Assembly: GCA_039809165.1 (NCBI GenBank)
Contig: JBDHUK010000001.1
Coordinates: forward strand, 1 to 32,450
Direction: 5' to 3'
DNA length: 32,450 nt
Source: Candidatus Saccharimonadales bacterium
Lineage (GTDB): Bacteria > Patescibacteriota > Saccharimonadia > Saccharimonadales > UBA4665
In this document: positions 24,237-32,450 of the stretch, one piece after another
Numbering within the stretch: the stretch's first letter is position 1
Layout of the letters: every line of letters begins with the position of its first letter
Program-made: the position numbers and the translations under genes
The notes under the pieces: model-generated
What the model was told of the DNA's origin: nothing
The model's database searches: none
Seen by the model: the letters and a program-made list of their open reading frames with translations, nothing else

Positions 24237-25550
24237 ATGCAAGTACAAAAGACTCAACTCACCGATACCACTATCAAGCTGGGCATCAGCGGCGATGAAG
24301 CACGCCTGCTCAGCATCAAGAAGCATGTGCTGGGCGAACTCAAGGACAAGGTTAAACTGCCTGGCTTTCGTTCGGGCAAGGTTCCCGAAGAACTGGTCGA
24401 AAAGAACCTCGATCCGGCTGTGCTTCAGAATGAGTTTCTCGACCATGCCCTGAACACGCTCTACGGCGAGGCGCTTGATCAAGAGGGAGTGCGCCCCGTG
24501 TCGCAACCTCAGGTGGAGATTAAGAAATTCGTGCCGTTTACCACTCTCGAATTTGATGCGGAGCTGGAGGTGATCGGAGATGTGGTGTTACCGGACTACA
24601 CCAAGATTTCCGTACCGCGCAAGAAGATTGATGTGTCGGCTCAGGATGTCGACGAGGTAGTCGAGAATCTGCGCCTGCGCATGGCCGAGAAGAAGCCGGT
24701 TGACCGGGCTGCTCGAGCAAAAGACGAAGTATGGATTGATTTCGTAGGTCGTGATGCCAAAACCGACGAGCCCATCAAGGGCGGCGATGGCAAAGATTAC
24801 CCACTCGCGCTTGGCAGTAATACCTTTATTCCTGGCTTTGAGGATAATCTTATTGGCGTTAAAGCCGGCGAAGAGCGTGAATTTACTTTGGAATTCCCCA
24901 AAGATTATGGAGTCAAGGCGCTTGCCGGCCGAAAAGCGATTTTTAAGGTCACGACAACCAAAATCAACGAGGTCATCCTGCCTAAGATCGACGACGGGTT
25001 TGCTGCTCAGGCTGGTCCGTTCAAATCCCTTGCTGAACTTAAAGCGGACATCAAATCTCAAATCCAATCTGAGCGCGACTATCAAAACCAGCGTGAGTAC
25101 GAAAGCGACCTATTGAGCGCTATTGCCGACAAGACCAAGGCCGCGATTCCCAAGAGCCTGGTTGAAGACGAACTTGACCGCGTAGAGCGCGAGGAGCGTC
25201 AAAATCTGACGTATCGTGGTCAAACCTGGGAAGAACACCTGGCAAGCGAAGGCGTTACGGCCGAAGAACACCGCAATAACAACCGTGCCGGCGCTGAGCT
25301 GCGCGTGAAGGTCGGCCTCATCCTTGCCGAAATTGCCGATGATCTTAAGGTGCAGATCACTCCCGAAGAAGTTGATACGCAGATTGTGCTGCTCAAGGGC
25401 GAATACCAGGACCCGGCAATGCAGGCAGAGCTGGATAAGCGTGAAAATCGCCGTGATATTGCCTCCAGGATGCTGACCGAAAAAACAATCGCCCAACTGA
25501 TTGAGGTTTCGGAGAAAACTGCAAAAACTACCAAGACTGCAAAAAAATAG
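24237..25550 (+). CDS. tig: Trigger factor
   Basis: MQVQKTQL... with PGFRSGKVP in the ribosome-binding domain, and a central FKBP-type PPIase (VWIDFVGRD...FIPGFEDNLIGVKAGEE). I chose the start at ATG 24237; the track GTG at 24195 adds 14 aa that do not resemble trigger-factor N-termini and would cover the promoter. Confidence 0.9.
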   Translation: MQVQKTQLTDTTIKLGISGDEARLLSIKKHVLGELKDKVKLPGFRSGKVPEELVEKNLDPAVLQNEFLDHALNTLYGEALDQEGVRPVSQPQVEIKKFVPFTTLEFDAELEVIGDVVLPDYTKISVPRKKIDVSAQDVDEVVENLRLRMAEKKPVDRAARAKDEVWIDFVGRDAKTDEPIKGGDGKDYPLALGSNTFIPGFEDNLIGVKAGEEREFTLEFPKDYGVKALAGRKAIFKVTTTKINEVILPKIDDGFAAQAGPFKSLAELKADIKSQIQSERDYQNQREYESDLLSAIADKTKAAIPKSLVEDELDRVEREERQNLTYRGQTWEEHLASEGVTAEEHRNNNRAGAELRVKVGLILAEIADDLKVQITPEEVDTQIVLLKGEYQDPAMQAELDKRENRRDIASRMLTEKTIAQLIEVSEKTAKTTKTAKK

Positions 25551-25570
25551 AATAATCTTCAGTCAGGCAA

Positions 25571-25597
25571 TTAGCACTCTTGATTATCGAGTGCTAA
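25571..25597. promoter_or_regulatory. CIRCE operator (second copy), perfect consensus
   Basis: TTAGCACTC (25571-25579), N9 (TTGATTATC), then GAGTGCTAA (25589-25597). Confidence 0.85.
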
Positions 25598-25608
25598 TTT
25601 ACTATAAT
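25580..25608 (+). promoter_or_regulatory. clpP promoter overlapping CIRCE (TTGATT-17-TATAAT)
   Basis: The -35 TTGATT (25580-25585) lies inside the CIRCE spacer. After a 17-nt spacer comes TATAAT (25603-25608). Confidence 0.7.
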
Positions 25609-25640
25609 CTATACAGTAAAAGCAGTGAGTGAGGTGTAGT

Positions 25641-26264
25641 ATGACGATGATAAACCCAACTGATAATGTATTAATCCCTACCGTAGTGGAGAGCGAAGGC
25701 CGCTATGAGCGCGCCTATGATATTTATTCCCGTTTGCTCAAGGAGCGGATTATTTTTCTTGGGTCGGACGTGAATGAGGCCAGTGCGAATGTGATTGTGG
25801 CACAGATGCTGTTTTTGCAGGCCGAAGATCCAACCAAGGACATCTTTTTCTATATCAACAGTCCGGGCGGCAGTGTGTACGATGCCCTAGCCATCTATGA
25901 CACGATGGAGTTCTTGACCTGTGATGTTCAGACTATTGGTATCGGCGTGCAAGCCTCGGCTGCGGCCTTCCTGCTAAGCAGCGGAGCCAAGGGCAAACGT
26001 ATGGTGCTGCCACATGCCACCGTTATGATTCATCAGCCGTCCAGTGGCACTCGTGGCAAAGTGACCGATCAGGAGATCGACCTCAAAGAATCTCTGCGAA
26101 TCAAGCACTTGCTCGAGGAAATTATGGCCAAGAACACTGGTCAAAAGCCTGAAAAGATCCACGACGACATGGAGCGTGACAAGTGGTTAACGGCCGAAGA
26201 AGCTTTGAAGTACGGTATTGTTGACAAGATCGTCACGAGTCCGCCTAAAGAGCAAAAGAAGTAA
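25641..26264 (+). CDS. clpP: ATP-dependent Clp protease proteolytic subunit
   Basis: GAGGTG RBS precedes ATG 25641. [16 protein letters not shown] and INSPGGSV are present. The Ser-His-Asp triad is conserved ([24 protein letters not shown]). Confidence 0.92.
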   Translation: MTMINPTDNVLIPTVVESEGRYERAYDIYSRLLKERIIFLGSDVNEASANVIVAQMLFLQAEDPTKDIFFYINSPGGSVYDALAIYDTMEFLTCDVQTIGIGVQASAAAFLLSSGAKGKRMVLPHATVMIHQPSSGTRGKVTDQEIDLKESLRIKHLLEEIMAKNTGQKPEKIHDDMERDKWLTAEEALKYGIVDKIVTSPPKEQKK

Positions 26265-26668
26265 TGTCCCAAGCTGAATGCCTCGATGCTATACCAATCC
26301 ACGTCAGCGATGTGTTAGACAATGTCGACGCTCAGTGGCAGCAACATGCGCAAGCCGGGGCGGTGGCGCAACAATCTGGTGATACTCCAGCATACTACGA
26401 TCGGGTTAGGGCGCAAGCCGTTTTGTTTATCCGATTACCGCGGATTCTGTGCGAAACGGTTGGCGAATCATTGCGTCGGACACATCGTGAGATTTTTGAA
26501 CAAGCCGAACATTGGGCGAATGAAGCCAGGGGTGGACTGTGCGCTATGGAGCAGAATCCCGATAGCGCCCACCTTATCACGAGTTTGAATAGCGATATCG
26601 AGGGTATAGGATGCTCTGCATTGGCCTTTCTGGCGCGTCGTTATCGACCCGAATCAAATAATGCATAA
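26264..26668 (+). CDS. Hypothetical 134-aa protein translationally coupled to clpP
   Basis: The ATG overlaps the clpP TAA (TAATG). It has no TM segment and no motif I recognise. Coding status rests on ORF length, the coupling and its position only. Confidence 0.45.
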   Translation: MSQAECLDAIPIHVSDVLDNVDAQWQQHAQAGAVAQQSGDTPAYYDRVRAQAVLFIRLPRILCETVGESLRRTHREIFEQAEHWANEARGGLCAMEQNPDSAHLITSLNSDIEGIGCSALAFLARRYRPESNNA

Positions 26669-26674
26669 ATAGGA

Positions 26675-26703
26675 TTGACATTTGCCTGGTGGTGGCGCAT
26701 AGT
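26675..26703 (+). promoter_or_regulatory. Possible rpoBC promoter (TTGACA-17-CATAGT)
   Basis: A perfect -35 TTGACA (26675-26680), a 17-nt spacer and a weak -10 CATAGT/TAGTAC. This would give a leader of about 235 nt. Confidence 0.4.
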
Positions 26704-26731
26704 ACTATGCAAGAAGTAGTGTACGTATGGA

Positions 26732-26809
26732 GGTCAGCACATTGCAATGTATTTTGACAATTAATGATTAATTGTCAGAGAATAGTATGCGGATCGCAAT
26801 GTGCTGACC
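26732..26809. repeat. Nested perfect inverted repeats in the rpoB upstream region
   Basis: The outer 14-bp arms are GGTCAGCACATTGC (26732-26745) and GCAATGTGCTGACC (26796-26809). They enclose the perfect 23-bp palindrome TGACAATTAAT-g-ATTAATTGTCA (26755-26777). ACATTGCAATGT (26739-26750) is itself palindromic. Confidence 0.8.
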
Positions 26810-26939
26810 CAAAAACACCTCACGTAGTGTAACCTTCGCGCGATTTAAACCTCACAAATTAACCTTGGTAAGCAAACGGGCTTATCATCGTTTGGTCCAC
26901 ATAATTAAACAGCAATAAGCAGGGGGCATGTTCTAGCGT

Positions 26940-29900
26940 ATGGCTAAGACTGACAATTCAGCAGCTAAAACTGTGAGTTCTGCTCGTGTGTATTACACGC
27001 AGCAAGACGATGCGATCGCACTACCAAGTCTGGTTGATCACCAGAACAAATCATTCCAGTGGTTTGTCGAAGAGGGTCTTGGCGAGCTTTTGGCCGAGAT
27101 CAGTCCTATCGAGGACTACACGGGCGCTAAATTGTCTTTGACCTTCAAGGGCTATCATTTCGATGAGCCTAAGATGACAGAGGCGGAAGCCCATGAAAAC
27201 AATGTTTCATACGATGCGCCGCTCAAGGCTATAGTCGAGCTGACTAACAAAGTTACCGGTGAAGTCAAAGAGCAGGAGATCTACCTCGGCGACTATCCAT
27301 GGATGACCAAGCGAGGCACCTTTGTTATTAACGGCGCTGAGCGTGTAGTAGTAAGTCAACTGATTCGTTCGGCCGGCGTATTCTTTTCGGCTGACCAGCA
27401 TGGCTCGACCAACCTGTACGGTGCCAAGGTTATTCCTGGACGTGGCGCATGGTTGGAGTTTGAAACTGCGGCCAATGGCGCCATATATGTCAAGATTGAC
27501 CGCAAGCGCAAGATTGCCGTCACCACTTTGCTGCGCGCACTCGGTATGACCGAGGCCAAGATGAAGGAAGCCTTCAAACACGTTGACCAGGGCAAGCTGA
27601 GCTACGTTGAAGCCACTCTTGACAAAGATCCGGCCAAAGGTCAGAATGACGCGCTTATTGAAGTGTATCGTCGTTTGCGACCTGGCGACCTGGCGACCGT
27701 CGACAACGCACGCAGCCTGCTTGAAAATATGTTCTATAACTTCAAGCGTTTTGACTTCAGCCGCGTGGGACGCTACAAGCTTAATAAGCGCCTGGGCATG
27801 GATGTGCCGAACACGACTGAAAACCGCGTCATGCGGCTTGATGACCTCGTGGCCATCATTAGTGAAATTATCCGTTTGAACAATACTCAGGAACCGGCTG
27901 ATGACATCGACTCGCTGGCTAACCGCCGTGTCAAGTTGGTCGGTGAGCTGGTGCAGCGTCAGTTCCGCATTGGTCTGCTGCGCATGGAGCGCAACACCAA
28001 AGACCGTATGAGCATGAGCGAGATTGAAACCGTTCAGCCTGGCCAGCTCATCAACGCCCGGCCGGTTGTCGCCGCTGTCCGCGAATTCTTTGCTAGTTCC
28101 CAGCTGTCACAGTTCATGGATCAAATCAACCCACTCAGCGAATTGGCTCACAAGCGCCGTCTCAGCTCGATGGGTCCAGGCGGTCTGAGCCGCGAGCGCG
28201 CCGGCTTTGAGGTTCGAGATGCTCACGCAACGCACTACGGCCGTATCTGTGCCGTTGAGACCCCCGAAGGTGCCAACATCGGCCTGGTACTTAATTTGGC
28301 CAATTACGCCCGGATTAATGAATACGGCTTTGTCGAAACACCGTATCGCAAGGTCGTCAAAGACAACAAGGGGCGCTCAAAAGTTACGAACGAGATTGTG
28401 TACCTGGATGCTTTTGCCGAAGAGACGGCTGTCATCGCCGGCGCCGGTAGCGTGCTTGACAAGGATGGTTACTTTGCTGAGGAGCGTGTCTCGGTGCGCA
28501 ACCGCTTGCGCTCAACAGAGGTCGATGCTGACGAGGTGACGCATATGGACGCCGCACGCAACCAGATCATTGGTAGTTCGGCCGGTCTGATTCCGTTTAT
28601 TGAAAAGAACTATGTGTATCGCTCGCTCATGGGCAGTAACCAGCAACGCCAGGCCGTACCACTTATCCAGCCAAAGGCTCCGATTGTTGGTACTGGTCTC
28701 GAAGCTACCGCTGCCCGTAATACTGGCCAGGTTATCCTGGCCGAGGCTGACGGTGAAGTTGTCAAAGCGGAGGGTGCTGAAGTTGTCATCAAATACAAGG
28801 ACGGTACCGTTAGCTATGAACCACGGCATTTCATTCGTTCTAATGAAGGTACGTCAATTAACCAGAAGGTAGTAGTCAATACTGGCGATAAGGTCAAGCA
28901 GGGCGACGTTCTTGTCGAAGGCATGTCCATCCAGGGCGGTGAACTCGCGCTGGGTAAGGATTTACTGGTTGGCTTTATGCCATGGAGCGGCTACAACTTC
29001 GAGGACGCCATCATTGTGAGTCGTCGCCTTGTCGAGGATGACACGCTGACTAGTGTGCACATTGTTGATTTCATGCTGGAAGTCCGCGAGACCAAGCTGG
29101 GCCCTGAAGTCGTGACACGCGATATCCCAAATGTCTCCGAAGACACTCTGCGCCATCTCGATGAAGACGGCATTGTCCGTATTGGCGCTGAAGTCCATGC
29201 CGGTGATATCCTTGTCGGTAAGATTACCCCCAAAGGTGAGCAGGAACTCAGCTCAGAAGAGCGCCTGCTGCGCGCTATCTTCGGCGAGAAAGCCAAAGAA
29301 GTCCGCGACACCTCGCAGCGCATGAGCAATGGCAAGCACGGCAAGGTCGTCGGCGTGAAGGTTTTTAGCCGTGAAAACGGTCACGAACTCAAGGCCGGCG
29401 TCATCATGCAAATTCAGGTATTCGTGGCTCAGATGCGCAAGATCTCTGTTGGCGACAAACTCGGTGGTCGCCATGGTAACAAGGGCGTCATTGCGCGCAT
29501 TCTGCCTGTTGAAGATATGCCGTTTACCGAGGATGGCACGCCACTTGATATTTTGCTGAACCCACTGGGTGTTCCATCACGTATGAACATTGGTCAGTTG
29601 TTTGAAACTCATCTTGGCATGGCTGCCCGGGCGCTTGGTATCCACGTTGCCAGCCCATCGTTTAACGGTGTTTCGGCCGACAAGATTCAGGACCTGCTCA
29701 AAGAAGCGAAACTACCAGAAGACGGCAAACAGCAGCTCTATGATGGCCGCACTGGCGAACCGTTCAAGGAACGTACGACCGTCGGCAGTATGTATATGAT
29801 CAAGCTCAACCATATGGTTGCCGACAAGATTCACGCCCGTTCGACCGGGCCGTACACTATGGTCACTCAACAGCCACTTGGCGGTAAGGCGCAAAACGGT

Positions 29901-30368
29901 GGCCAGCGCTTTGGTGAAATGGAAGTCTGGGCTCTCGAAGCTTATGGTGCTTCCACGACGCTTCAGGAAATGCTTACCATCAAATCCGACGATGTCTATG
30001 GCCGGTCTAAGGCTTACGAATCGATCATCAAGAAGACTGACATTGTTGGTCCAAAGGTTCCGGAGTCATTCAATGTCCTCGTCAAAGAGCTCCAAGGGCT
30101 TGGCCTGAAGGTTGACCTGGTAAATACCGAGGTCGGTCATGCTATTGACGCCGAAAGCATCCTCAGCACGAACATCAAAGACGAAGCCGAGCATACGTCC
30201 GAAGTTGAAGTTCCTCAGCCGACAGTATCGGATATTGATATGAGCGAAGATGATGTACTGGATGATTTTAGTGTTGTCGGTGTTGATGATGACCTTGATG
30301 ACGCTGTAGCAGTCGGCATTAGCGATGACGATGACCAAGATATTCATGTAACCGAAGAGGAGGCCTAA
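26940..30368 (+). CDS. rpoB: DNA-directed RNA polymerase subunit beta
   Basis: Full-length similarity to RpoB, including the rifampicin cluster SSQLSQFMDQINPLSELAHKRRLSSMGPGGL and the C-terminal GGQRFGEMEVWALEAYGA. The acidic C-terminal tail is unusually long. Confidence 0.97.
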   Translation: MAKTDNSAAKTVSSARVYYTQQDDAIALPSLVDHQNKSFQWFVEEGLGELLAEISPIEDYTGAKLSLTFKGYHFDEPKMTEAEAHENNVSYDAPLKAIVELTNKVTGEVKEQEIYLGDYPWMTKRGTFVINGAERVVVSQLIRSAGVFFSADQHGSTNLYGAKVIPGRGAWLEFETAANGAIYVKIDRKRKIAVTTLLRALGMTEAKMKEAFKHVDQGKLSYVEATLDKDPAKGQNDALIEVYRRLRPGDLATVDNARSLLENMFYNFKRFDFSRVGRYKLNKRLGMDVPNTTENRVMRLDDLVAIISEIIRLNNTQEPADDIDSLANRRVKLVGELVQRQFRIGLLRMERNTKDRMSMSEIETVQPGQLINARPVVAAVREFFASSQLSQFMDQINPLSELAHKRRLSSMGPGGLSRERAGFEVRDAHATHYGRICAVETPEGANIGLVLNLANYARINEYGFVETPYRKVVKDNKGRSKVTNEIVYLDAFAEETAVIAGAGSVLDKDGYFAEERVSVRNRLRSTEVDADEVTHMDAARNQIIGSSAGLIPFIEKNYVYRSLMGSNQQRQAVPLIQPKAPIVGTGLEATAARNTGQVILAEADGEVVKAEGAEVVIKYKDGTVSYEPRHFIRSNEGTSINQKVVVNTGDKVKQGDVLVEGMSIQGGELALGKDLLVGFMPWSGYNFEDAIIVSRRLVEDDTLTSVHIVDFMLEVRETKLGPEVVTRDIPNVSEDTLRHLDEDGIVRIGAEVHAGDILVGKITPKGEQELSSEERLLRAIFGEKAKEVRDTSQRMSNGKHGKVVGVKVFSRENGHELKAGVIMQIQVFVAQMRKISVGDKLGGRHGNKGVIARILPVEDMPFTEDGTPLDILLNPLGVPSRMNIGQLFETHLGMAARALGIHVASPSFNGVSADKIQDLLKEAKLPEDGKQQLYDGRTGEPFKERTTVGSMYMIKLNHMVADKIHARSTGPYTMVTQQPLGGKAQNGGQRFGEMEVWALEAYGASTTLQEMLTIKSDDVYGRSKAYESIIKKTDIVGPKVPESFNVLVKELQGLGLKVDLVNTEVGHAIDAESILSTNIKDEAEHTSEVEVPQPTVSDIDMSEDDVLDDFSVVGVDDDLDDAVAVGISDDDDQDIHVTEEEA

Positions 30369-30369
30369 G

Positions 30370-32450
<2,081 letters not shown>

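Noticed and set aside
26732-26809. Interpretation of the nested inverted repeat as a MITE or mobile element
   Set aside because: Only one copy exists in the window, I saw no target-site duplication at its ends, and there is no transposase nearby. I kept it as a structural finding. A genome-wide copy count is needed.

Overview
This is a dense 32.45-kb bacterial chromosomal window that reads with the standard genetic code. It is mostly housekeeping. I call 23 protein genes plus one candidate 17-codon leader mini-ORF, and one tRNA. I saw no rRNA, CRISPR array, transposase or integrase. Gene order: rnhB (5' truncated), yraN, pepN(-), three tandem paralogous 4-TM hypothetical genes, nusA, clpC, a membrane-anchored HExxH/coiled-coil hypothetical, radA, class A PBP(-), tyrS, a SAM methyltransferase, recG, a zinc phospholipase-C-like protein, rsmD, a polytopic membrane protein(-), tRNA-Leu(UAG), a type IV pilin-like gene(-), hisS, tig, clpP, an orphan 134-aa ORF, rpoB, and rpoC (3' truncated and absent from the ORF track because it has no stop in the window). 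The regulatory grammar looks Gram-positive-like or Patescibacteria-like: perfect CIRCE operators, TGn extended -10 promoters, and clpC-radA linkage. I cannot assign taxonomy from sequence alone. Items most worth a second look: (1) a self-contained, apparently GC-richer operon of three paralogous 4-TM proteins with no family I recognise; (2) two perfect CIRCE operators, each with a -35 box in its loop, upstream of clpC and clpP rather than chaperone genes; (3) a leaderless His-codon mini-ORF plus strong terminator upstream of hisS; (4) an RpoC N-terminal zinc-binding element in which all four Cys ligands are substituted without indels; (5) a nested perfect palindrome in the rpoB leader; (6) an orphan ORF translationally coupled to clpP where clpX usually sits.
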